A DNA stretch of 64,000 nt from Azolla caroliniana (lineage: Eukaryota; Plantae; Polypodiophyta): NCBI GenBank assembly GCA_043228905.1, contig JBHGNT010000011.1, positions 19,840,001 to 19,904,000 of the forward strand, given 5' to 3'. Position numbers and translations under genes: made by a program. A model generated the notes under the pieces. It had not been told where the DNA came from. It did not search any database and saw nothing but the letters and a program-made list of their open reading frames with translations. Positions 49,804-61,211 of the stretch are shown piece by piece; the stretch's first letter is position 1; every line of letters begins with the position of its first letter.

Positions 49804-52800
49804 ATGGGCAACTCTCATTCCGGCACTCCGCACCGCCACCGCCATGTCCTTCCTGCCCATCGCTTCCCCTTGTATAACCGCATGACTTTCGGCGACAAGA
49901 TCTTGTTCCGCGTAAGCTGCACATGCATGAATCCTCCTCCTCAATGCTTATCATCATCACCTAATGTTTGTATGATAGAATGTACAATATTGGGAGTAAA
50001 TGACATTCAGGCTTTTGATGCCATTATTGCATATAAAAATTGGACATGTGGGTGGTTGTTCCCAATGGTTAAAAAGGTTTGGGTATGATATAAATAAATA
50101 AGCGGATGGTGTGTGATCTGGTGGGTTTGGAATGGCATGGCATGGAGTTTTGAGGTCTAATATTATCACCAATGAGTGACAGACAGTCTGCTAATCAGCT
50201 AATTTGGAATGATGTTGCTTTACATGGGCAGATTGTTCATTTTGTGGACAAGCACATCACGTTTTGGAAGCTACCTGTAGTGCTGGGACTAGCATATTTG
50301 GAAATAAGAAGGGGCCTTCATCAAAGATACAATTTACTGGATGTGCCAGAGACAGCAAATTTGGAGAACACGGAGATCCACCCTTTCTTTGGACGTAATA
50401 TGCCTTCGGATTACCGAAGAAGTGAGGTATATTTTGTTAATCACCTTTAAATGGTTGGTTGCTAACTTACATGCTTTTGTTGGAATTTGGAAAGAGTTTT
50501 TACCAGACGCTTTACATAGTAGTATAATAAATTTGAAAGATTCTAACGGGAAATGATGGTAATCATTGAAAATAAGGTTGAATGGTTTTTTGTGAAATAA
50601 ATAGATCCTGGACCCTCATCCAACGTTGGTTGCTTCCAATCTTCTGGTTCGAGAGAAATTGACAGACACGGGATTGCAATTTAACTTACTTGCCGCAAGT
50701 TGGATTCAATTCATGATTCACGATTGGGTGGATCATCTTGAAGCCACAGACCAAGTAATATGTTGGCTCAAACTATTACAGTATCATTCTCAATGGTTTG
50801 GTGCTAAATAACACAAATTTGAATCCATAGTTTTCATATCTCCCTTCAATCTTCTAAGTTCATTACACAGAAAAATGTGTTAATTGTAATGCAATATACT
50901 TCAAGCAAGTCACATGTAGCTCACATGATCTATAATTCAACAAAATTATTATATTGTAGGCACCTGTAGAAATCAGGGCTCCGGAACATCTTTCGTCATG
51001 TCCAATGGCTTCTTACAAGTTCTTTGCCTCAAGGGAATTTCCTGCTGGGCCTAACAGCAATGACATACGTATTGGATACAGAAACATACGAACACCTCGA
51101 TGGTTAGTACAATTAGCATCCTAAATGACATGACGATGATTAACGTTAGGTTTAACATTTAATGTATTTTTGCATGTTCACCACATGAGATCAAACGATT
51201 CGACCATCTTTAATGAAGACGTATTAATGGTTTCTCCTAATGTGAATGATCAAAATTTAATGCCATACTAAATGACACGACCATGATTAACGTTAGGTTT
51301 AATATTTAGTATGCATTTTCACCATCTTTAATAAAGCCACATTAATGGTTTCTCCTAATGTGAATGATGTGCTCCACGAACTAATTCTACTTTCTCCATG
51401 ATCTTAAACAGGGATGGTAGTGTGATATATGGTAGTAACAATACGGTATTGCAACGAGTTCGCACCTTCGTAGACGGTAAACTCAAGATTTCCGAGGACG
51501 GCCTCTTAGAGTATGACCACGATGGGCTGCTTATTAGTGGTGATGTGCGAAACACTTGGGTTGGGATGATCATTCTCCAATCATTGTTTGTTAGTGAGCA
51601 CAATGCAATATGTGACTTGCTGAAGGTACAACAACATCTCCTAATTATATATTAGGGTTTTCTAGTAGGATACCTACCAGTTCCTTCATCTTGGTAACAA
51701 ACCTATTTATTAATCATATGTATACATTTATATTTGTATATAGCGACACCACCCAGAGTTCGATGACGAACAACTCTACAAACATGCAAGGCTAGTCACA
51801 TCAGCTACGATTGCTAAGATCCACACTATTGATTGGACAGTGGAACTACTCAAGATGGACACATTATATGTTGGAATGAGGGCCAATTGGTAAAAATCAT
51901 CCACATAACCTCATATCTAGACTATCATTTTGTACATATGTTTTTACAATCACAAGTTGTGAGAACCTATGCTTATCCTTACATGATGTCGATATATGGT
52001 TGGTGACATTAGCACACCATGAAATTTCGATTTATATGCATATGGATTGGATTAGAGAGAGAAAAGATAAAAACAATTGATTTGAAGAGAATAATAATGT
52101 AATGTGAGCCCCTTTTTCTTTACTAAAACAAATAATTTTCAATTTTACTGTAGGTATGGGTTACTTGGAAAATGGTTCAAGGACACATTTGGACATACTG
52201 GAAGTTCTCTCTTGAGTGGTTTTATGGGGATGCCAAATCCTGAGGATCATGGAGTGCCCTACTCACTCACTGAAGAGTTTGTGTCAGTTTATCGAATGCA
52301 TTCGCTACTGCCCGATTTTATTGATGTAAGGAACATCAAACATCCTGAAGAACGCCCCAAGGACGAAAGCCCACCTGTTCGTGAAAGGTTAGTTCTCTTA
52401 CAACAATTCTCAAGTTAGTTATTTTCTTTTTAACATGTCATATTTCTCTAAGGCACGAATATGTGCATTAGCTTGTTGAGAAACTTATATGTAATCTGCA
52501 TGTTTGTTCATTGTTGTGGCTAGCATTCATGATTGATTGTATGTATCGTTATATGCTTTTAGAGTAGAAATGCCAAATCTTGTCGGTTCTCACGCACGGA
52601 CTGCCTTAGAGTATATTGGGAATGAAGACATTATAGTATCCATGGGCCATCAAGCATGCGGGGCTCTAAATTTGTGGAACTACCCCAAGTGGATGAGAGA
52701 TCTAGTGCCACAAGATGTGGATGGTCAAGACAGGCCCAACAATGTGGATCTACCCTCCCTTGAGAGTACGTAAAAAAACAATCCTTATTTCAATCTTCAT

Positions 52801-53885
52801 GTTTTCTTGGTACGGAAATTATAATTCATCTTCCGCACATTTTAATTCAGTTGTTTGGGCGGTGTCTTAATATACTAGTATAGCTTATCTATGCATACTG
52901 ATCTCCTTAGTTCAAGAAAGATCGATTGTAATAGATAACATACTTTCTACAAATGAATAAGTTTAAGTAGAGATGTAAATTTATGTAAAGTTGAATAATG
53001 AAGTTAAAAGTAGATAGCGAAGTTTTTAAGAATTTGATCTTTTATACTAGCTGAATTGGTTTTTCAAATGGGTGTCCTCCCTTGATCAGATAGCTTGAAT
53101 AGTTTGTTCATATATTAACTTTTGCTTATTTTAGGTAGATTATTGTTTGAATTTGATTTTTTACTAATGGATTCATCGAACACAAACATTCTAGTACTAA
53201 GGATTTATGTCAATTCAAATGTGGATTCTAGACTAGCATAGCAATAATTTATTACCCAATTGTTTATATCTGTTTATGGTTAACCATATATTGAAATGTC
53301 GATATGCAGTTTATAGAGATCGAGAAAGAGGTGTGCCAAGGTACAATGAGTTCCGTCGGAGGCTGCTCTTAATACCGATCTCGAATTGGGAAGATCTAAG
53401 CAATGACGAGACAACCATAAAGGCCCTTCAAGATGTGTATGGCAACGATGTCGAGAAGCTAGACCTTTTGGTCGGACTGATGGCAGAGAGAAAGCCTACA
53501 GGTTATGCCATCAGCGAGACTGCATTCGTGATCTTCTTGCTCATGGCATCGAGGTAACTACAATCCCTTCATAAAATTGAACTTATATGTCCAAGATTTT
53601 CATAATTGCTCTCAAACTTTAACATAATTTTGTTTTACTCTTGTGGCATTGTAATGTAGGCGTTTGGAGTCAGACAAGTCTTTCACAACCGACTTCAACG
53701 AGAAAGTGTACACAAAGGAGGGCTTAGCATGGGTTAATAACACAGAGAGCTTAAAGGATGTGTTGGTGCGCCATCACCCGAAGGTAGTGGCAGATTGGTT
53801 GAATCCTGGGATTAGCGCATTTTCTGTATGGAAATCCAAGCCGAAACCATGTAACCTGATACCCATCTACTTCCGGATCCCGTAA
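49804..53885 (+). CDS. DOX: Fatty acid alpha-dioxygenase (alpha-DOX/PIOX; peroxidase-cyclooxygenase superfamily), 10 exons, 620 aa
   Basis: Exons 49804-49911, 50232-50426, 50605-50754, 50960-51102, 51412-51625, 51744-51889, 52154-52387, 52563-52765, 53310-53553 and 53660-53885. All introns are GT-AG and the total is 1863 nt in frame. Motifs: ASWIQFMIHDWVDH, WDGSVIYG, AKIHTIDWT, YSLTEEFVSVYRMHSLLPD, YRDRERGVPRYNEFRR, DLLVGLMAE, MASRRLE. DOX1 versus DOX2 orthology cannot be assigned from this. Confidence 0.95.
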
Positions 53886-54754
53886 GGCATTGATGACCGA
53901 TATATTGTGTGAATCGTAGTGTTTTCAGATTAACTAAGGATTTTGTGGCCGCCAAAATAAGTTGTTTTCAGCAAAAGAAACCACATCATAATAAACTTTG
54001 ACAAAGAAATTAGAGCTACATTTGATCATAATATTGTGAAATAACAATTTGTCCATTTTGATACTATTTTTTCTGATCTTGAAATACCTCGTGGTCAAAG
54101 AAGTCATTTGCTTTCTCGGTGTTGTATCGACCTTCTCAGTGCATCACATAATGTTTTAGAAGTCTTCATTTGACTTAGATAATCCAAAGATGCAGAAATA
54201 GGGCATCTTTCTTTCAAACTAGCATATTTTAATATTCAAGTAAGAACCCATAATTTGAATAGAAATTTTATCAAGCATTGAGTTGTGTAATTGCGGTGCT
54301 TCACACAATCAATTATCTCAACACATTAAATATATATTTATGTTTACAAGCTGATTGAACTTGTACACCAAATTATCAACACATTAACAAATATATTTTG
54401 TTTATTTTTACAAGCTGATGACATTGTGCACTATATTAATCCTCTCCTGCTAGGATTTCAAATAAAAAGCTAGATACTTGTAATTAATAACCAAGATTTC
54501 CGATAAAAAGTTGGAGAGGGGCAGTCAATAACCAAGATTTTGAATAAAAAGCTAGAGCCAGTCTAGCTAGTTATGTGCATGAATATAGACATCATCAGCA
54601 ACCTCTACACACATATTCAAAGAGTAAATCCTCTATATGTGAGAAAATATCCAAATTAAATAAATATATATGTCTGTAAAGTTCAATAACAAGATCTTTA
54701 AAAGTGAATTCGATTATAATGTTTGATGCATGTGTGACTCTTTCCATGACACCT

Positions 54755-55107
54755 AAACGACATGTCTTGATGAGTCTTAAAGCGACATTTAACTTCTCCA
54801 AGGAGAAATCAATTAGAAAACAAAATATCAGTATACTAAATAATTTACATGTCTTCATGACCCTTATCGGTATGTATATACTAAATAAATATTTGACATG
54901 TCCTAAATGAATGATAACCCTTAAAGAGACTCTCACTTTCTCGGAGGGGAAATTAAGGAGAAAACAAAATATTGGTATACAAAATAATTGACATGTCTTC
55001 ATGACCCTTAAAAGAGACTAAATAAATATTTGACATGTCCTAATGAATCATAACCCTTAAAGAGACTCTCACTTTCTCGGAGGGGAAATTAAGGAGAAAA
55101 CAAAATA
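54755..55107. repeat. Local tandem repeat (about 135-bp period, 2-3 copies)
   Basis: TAAATAAATATTTGACATGTCCTAA...CTCTCACTTTCTCGGAGGGGAAATTAAGGAGAAAACAAAATA is near-identical at about 54883 and 55019. A degenerate copy lies at about 54755. Confidence 0.8.
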
Positions 55108-55414
55108 CATACACGGTCTCTCATCATCTCTCAATGTTTACTAATCAATGTATGCATGTTTTTATATGTCTACCTATCTATCTAGCCTTGTGGTTTGTCT
55201 CTCTAAAATGAAACGAAGGCACTCCACAATATGTACGATATCAATATATTCAAGATGATCTCATCATTCTCTCTCTAGAGTAGATACCTCTTTTTTCTTC
55301 GTTTTTCTAAACAAGATATCCTTCCATTAGTTTTAAAAAGCATATCATCGACAAAATACAGTCCACTTATTTTACCAAAATGAGAGAAGATTAGGAGATA
55401 TATAACCTCTATTG

Positions 55415-55760
55415 TGTGACTTTCAACATACATGCTTGACATCAATGCATATCCTACTATTGTATTTGGATCCAATTTCAAAAAGGTTCATTCGAGCACA
55501 ATTTCCCCCTATCTATATTGCCAAAGCATCTACATTCTATCAATAAGGTCAACCAACTACACATATTTGTTGCGCAAAGGTTTCAAAGCCGAAAAACCTT
55601 TATTATTCCGCACATACCTAGAAATCATTGCGTTGTACGACACCACATCTCAATTACGTTGCTCAGAAAAGACAGTGAATGTTTCTTCCAAGTTTCCACA
55701 TCTAAAATACATGCACATATTAGAGTAGATATCTCTTTTTAGTGTGTACATGATAAAGTT
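55415..55760 (-). pseudogene. PLS/E-class pentatricopeptide repeat (PPR) gene relic
   Basis: Minus strand reads MYFRCGNLEETFTVFSEQRN*DVVSYNAMISRYVRN (PPR motif) and LDPNTIVGYALMSSMY (E-motif-like), with stops and a deletion. Confidence 0.7.
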
Positions 55761-56219
55761 CTTGTAAATTATAATTGAATTTCCAAGTTAGATATGGTCA
55801 TCATGAGTCATTATAAGAAAATACTCATTCTTTACAAAACAAAGCTAGCTTACTCATTCTTTCCAAAAGATTTATAATTCTGATGGTCATCATCAACTCA
55901 TTTCTCTTGTAATTCATTCATTGGGCAGTTGTATCGGTTGTTTATGCATGTCATGAACATACATTTAACTTTAATAAAACCTTAAGCAATATATTGCAAG
56001 CATAGAATGAACCATATGTACCATATGTGTATTTGGATTCAAGAATGATTCAATTAAACTTGTATGGTAAATCTTGTCAAAGTTGGATTGGATTTATAAG
56101 TTGGAAAAAAGTTGGATGGGAATTCTAAAAAATCACTTTGGTCTATATTATATATTGATTGAATCAAATGTCAACAGAATTGAACGTTTAAAACTTAGGA
56201 ATTTTCAGAATAGGGACTG

Positions 56220-59200
56220 ACGATGACGACCTCCTCCTGACTGTAGCCTATATAATACACGTTGTCAAAGAGACAATGTGAGGCTGGATGATGACGTAGG
56301 GAATCATTAGAACAGATAGACAACCTTCGGCTTCGCTCCTCCTCCTCTGATGGTGACACAGGGAATCACTTTGAGGGGACGATGTGAGGTAGGGAAGATG
56401 CGGAAAGTGGATGAAGGTGTTCTGACAAAGGGAAAAGATTCCTTTCATCGTCCTCGATGGCCTTCTCTTCCTTTGCGACAACAAACCTCTCATCGAATCG
56501 TGCACTACCGGAACTGCTAGGAAAGACACTTGTCAAAAAGTCTTCGCCATCAAGGGGCAGAACATTAGGAAGGCGTTAGATGTTTATGTCACATTCCCAA
56601 ATCAATGAGAGCGGTGACAATCTTTTGGAGATGGAGATGGTCATGATTCCTCTAGTGAACATAGTTGGAATAGGTATGGAGCCGAACCCCCCTCCAACTG
56701 AAATATTAGGTACAGGTATGCATCCAGACCCGAAGAACAAGAAGCAGATAGGCGGGGGACTGATCACGACACATTCTGAAACGAACACCAAGGAAGTCAT
56801 GGATAGTGTTATGCTGGAAAAGGAGAATAATGACATTGGTTCAGTCCAAGAGAAGCCGGTGGAGGATAACATTAATGAAAGAAATGGAATCGACCTTTAT
56901 CTTTCTCCGACAGAGAATCGAAGGTTGGAGGAAGAAGTGGGTCAGTTGAAGTGTTCATCGTTCATATGTTGGCTGCTAGGAGGAAGACCCAGTAAAGGGT
57001 TGCTAAGGGACATGTTACAAGTAGCCCTTTTGGATAAAAGGCCACCTATCCAGAACATTTTGGGAATGGGACCCAACTATCACCATGTGATCTTAGAAGA
57101 AGGCTATAATGTGCAAGAGATTCTGAACCACAAATGGATTACACTCAATTATGGCAAACCCGTGATTTTGGAATGTAGTCCAAACTTCGATGCAAAGGAA
57201 GAGCAAAAAAAAGCGGGCACACCAATGGTCATTACCGTATGCTTCCCAGAGCTACCCTTCCAACTCCATCATTTGATCCCAAAGTTGGCACACAATATAG
57301 GGATGGTATGTACAACGAAACCCTCATTTGCAAATAAGGTAGCTGAAATTCCCAAGATTAAGTTGTTGGTTAGAGACATTAGAGAACTACCAATAGAGAT
57401 TACAGTCCACACAGAGGATTTTGACCTAAAGGTGGTGAAGGTTTGTTATGAAGGCTTGCCGGGTCAGCGCTTTTCATGTAAAGAGATGGGCCATATGGCA
57501 AAACATTGCCCTCTGTATTGGAAAAAAAGAGACGATAAGGGACATCAAGGCATCAAGTTGTTGGATAACCCAAAGTTAGTAATAGGAAACTAGATGATCC
57601 TGGTTCATAATGGGAAGCAAGTAGCAGGTGGAAAAGGATGGCTATCGCCGAGGAAAGTGGCCAGGCCTGACGTCCATGGTCTTAATGGTCGACCTACAAG
57701 TGGCGGTTCCATTTCGAACATATTTGATATCCTGTCACAAATGGAAGAGGAATCCCAAGAAGGAGAAATAATTTTAGCAACTCCATTCGATTTACTACCA
57801 TGAGTCGAGACCCACAAAACATTATTAGTGCCCTCCGAAGGCCATGGCAATAGATTTTCATCAGACCCGAGAACAGTTAAGGCATGGATCAAGAAGGGAA
57901 AGGACAAGGAAAATCAAACGAACATTGGGAATTGTCAATTGTAGAAAATGATCGCACGGACTGAGGTCGGAAATACCTCGATTGTGGGAGTTGAGTTTGT
58001 TATGTTGAAAGAATTGAGGATGCAAGTTATGCAGGTACCCAAGGTCGCGGTGAACATTGGTAATCCTTGGGGAAGAGTTCACGGGTGGAATAGAGCACAC
58101 ATGGTCCTCATGAACAACAACTCAGGTAGACCAAAGACTGGTTGTTCTTTTGACTTGGAGCCTGATTTGAAAGATGAAGGGGGAGAAGACTCGTCCTTGA
58201 AGTCGTTTTGTAATAGGGCAGCAATATGTATATAATAACTTACATTTGAAAACGAGGTTGCGGGGCTGCAAACATTGTGGAAGTGCTCCCCGATACAAGG
58301 GGAGCTTATGGAACTTTGTTGAGAGACAAGCTCAACATGGGCCGAATCGGCTGAAGAAGTTGAGAGCCATGAGCCACGAGCCGAGTACCGAGTCGGAGGG
58401 AATCCGAAAAGGCTGTTAGGGGCCTATATTCCTATTATAGTAATTAGGAATTTTATAGGCACAATTAGTGTCAGGTTCATTTATGAGCATTCAAGTATTG
58501 ATGGTACTTGTGTCATCCTGCTCGTCAGGTCTTGTATAAAAAGTGCTCACTGAGCCCAATGTATGTACAACGTGTTCATTATTTGTAATAGAAGTTGGTG
58601 TTTGCTCTCTTTGTCTTTGTCTCTGTCTTTGTCTCTCTCACTATTCTCTATGTATACCTAACTGTCGAGTTTCCGAAACTAACCGTGTACTCGATGTCTA
58701 TTGGACACGCTTCTGCACATGTATTTTTTTACATGGTATCAAAGCACGAGGGTTGAGAATCCTCTACAGTTGACAGAAAAGCAAACGAACAAGACAGAGA
58801 AATGGGAAGCTCACTTCCGACCGAAAAGCTCGATAGGAGCAATTACATATCTTGGTCGTACAAGATGCACCAATACTTGCTCGGGCACGATTACTGGAGT
58901 TATGTCGAGGGAGCTAATGAAGCAACACCCGAGTCGACACACATATTTCTCGGCCTGGGAACAAGCGGCAAACAGAGTTCTCTACTTCTTTTCATCCTGT
59001 GTGAGTGATCAGCTTTTGAGCTACATTTGGGATGCCAGGACGCTGAAGGATGCTTGGGGGAATCTGATGAAGATTTTCTCCGCGAGCATCACAGCTAGAA
59101 AGCTGCAACTCAGACAAACATTGCTATGTAAGGTATTGGTAAGGAAGCTTGTTGCCCGGTAATGAGTTATGGAAAACATTGATTCATAATAGGAGCATCC

Positions 59201-59846
59201 TCTGGAATCGACGACTTGGTGGGCATTGGAAGCCACATAAGCATGGCTTTTTGTATGGACTTACAGTTTGAGGTTCATTCTACATGCAGAAACGGTACGT
59301 GGACATTTGGTTATTAGTGGTCGGCCTTACAGTTTGGCAAGTGTGGGTATCTAGGTGCAAGGAGACTTTCTCAGGAAAGCGAACCCCACGGTCTGAGAGT
59401 TCAATGATGATATGGTTTAATCTTTTTTCTACGTTATGAGGAGAGTTTGAAAGCCTTCAGGGGACCTCGGGCGCGAGTGAAGAAGCTAGAGCTTGGTTCC
59501 TTCTGAAATGGAGAGGTTCTCCGATGCCGCAGATGGTGGATGGCAAAGCAAAGTGGATTAATCAGCCACCACAATGGTTGTTCCCTCCAAGTGTACCTAA
59601 CATATAGATGGGTGATGCCAGGAGAAGATATTGGAGGATGTCTATGCGGAATTCGGGTTGTATGAGGCTCACGTGGAGGGTATGTGGTCAAGTAATGCTA
59701 TGCTCATCGGATGATGTGGTGTTTTGGAGTTTTTTTGTTGTTTTCTTTTCGCCATGCAAGTTGGCCTGTAAGATATGAGTTGTATATTATCCTTTGTACA
59801 TTGCCTTAACTAATGGAAGTAGTTTTTTTTTTGGAAAAGAAAAAAA
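56220..59846 (+). mobile_element. Degenerate LINE: ORF1 (56580-57803) and 3' ORF2 remnant with A-rich tail; middle replaced by a copia fragment
   Basis: ORF1 has FICWLLGGRPSKG..FPELP..YEGLPGQRFSCKEMGHMAKHC (degenerate CCHC). 59115-59700 is Trp-rich and resembles a post-RT region. A-rich end at 59835-59846. Confidence 0.7.
58317..59115 (+). mobile_element. Truncated Ty1/copia 5' end (LTR + PBS + gag)
   Basis: LTR 58317-58733 (TG..CA), PBS TGGTATCAAAGC at 58734-58745, and gag MGSSLPTEKLDRSNYISWSYKMHQYLLG..ARKLQLRQ with a frameshift. Confidence 0.85.
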
Positions 59847-60137
59847 CTTAGGAATTTTTTAATTAAACATTAGAAAGCACAAACATAAAAATCAAATAGT
59901 TCAAAGACATAAGTGTATTGATGATGAGCTCATCTTGCGATTATAAATGTTCTCATCTCGCAACTAGTGAAGGTATCAATTTCTTCACTTTAGAACTTTA
60001 CAAAAAAAATGAGTATGAACTACAGAGATTGAATCAAAATATGTCATTATAAATTATAATCAAATGTTCAAAAACGCATAAAACTTATATTCGAGAATAT
60101 GAAGAAAACATGATATTAACATAAAATTTTATGATAC

Positions 60138-60141
<4 letters not shown>

Positions 60142-60207
<66 letters not shown>
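60142..60207. repeat. (GA)n microsatellite
   Basis: Pure GA run of about 33 units. Confidence 0.95.
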
Positions 60208-60211
<4 letters not shown>

Positions 60212-60398
60212 TATATTAACGTCTTCTAAGGCCAAATTTGGCCCATGAGACAATTGGTTCACAACAAAATGAGTATTTATCCAATCATCATAACTAAAAT
60301 AAAATAAAGTAAACATAGAACTTAAGCTAAAAGAGTTCTAGTACTGCACAATACGTGGTATACTCGATAAAGGAAGTGACTTTACGCTAATCCTAATT

Positions 60399-60990
60399 TT
60401 ATTTCCACCCAAGCCTCTCGAAAAGAAGTGGGGGGTCAAAGGGTTTTGATGTGGGTGTGACCCGTGGTTCCAATGTAGAGAGTTCCCTAGCCATGACTTC
60501 TAGGAGGTCTAGCTCACGTTCCCTTATTTTCATTATTGCTTCCACACCACTTCGAGTTGCTTTGAAACCCGGCACCCGAGGACGTCTGGTTCTTCTTTGG
60601 TTTTCTGCCTCATCAAGGGAAAGGCCGAGTGGTGCAAGTGTGTCGACATTTGTTGGCTCCCCCTGTTCCTGAAAAACTTCATTTGTTACATGTTGGTGAA
60701 CATTAGCAACATTATTGTCAACATTTTGTAACTTATTCTCTCTGTGTTGTTTTAGCTCTAGAATGTATTTGCCCAATTTCTTTATATCTAGAGTATCTAA
60801 TAGTTTGGGGAGGGTGGGAGAGGAACCAAGTATGTCTTGGTATTTTGCCCTTATCTCGGCGTAGATTGGGCACTTGTATGTAAAGTGATACTCATCCTCT
60901 ATCTCTATGTGACATAACCTACATATCCTTTCCTCCCTAGGGATTCCATTAGTACGTGAACTCAACCCTAATAATGTCATGTGGTACTGT
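60399..60990 (-). mobile_element. Non-LTR retrotransposon ORF2 C-terminus (RTE-X-like zinc finger)
   Basis: IPREERICRLCHIEIEDEYHFTYKCPIYAEIRAKY (CxxC..EDExH..C..Y..R). The 5' end is truncated. Confidence 0.65.
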
Positions 60991-61211
60991 CGATTTGCTT
61001 CGGAGTTGGCCTGATAACATCATCACCAATAGAGAGAGAGAGAGAGAGAGAGGTGAGAAAATTAGGATTCGCACCCAAGGCATAGGCAATAGTACCATAA
61101 CAACTTCCCAGTAGGATAAGCTAATTTCTAACAAGTAAAGAAAAAGAAAAAGGAACAACATTTTCCCCTTTTCAAACGTTTTGTATGCTTGCATGAACAC
61201 GTTTATTACGC

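Noticed and set aside
49599-49877. Poly-N/I/K ORF overlapping the alpha-DOX start as a regulatory uORF
   Set aside because: It is a translation of a compound AAC/ATC/AAG microsatellite, with no evidence that its start is transcribed.
51121-51368. Direct duplication in alpha-DOX intron 4 as a possible alternative exon
   Set aside because: AT-rich with stops and no coding similarity. It does not supply the missing YRTADG segment.
56580-57593. 337-aa ORF as a host gene
   Set aside because: Intronless, with a degenerate CCHC knuckle and LINE ORF1 layout, followed by LINE debris.
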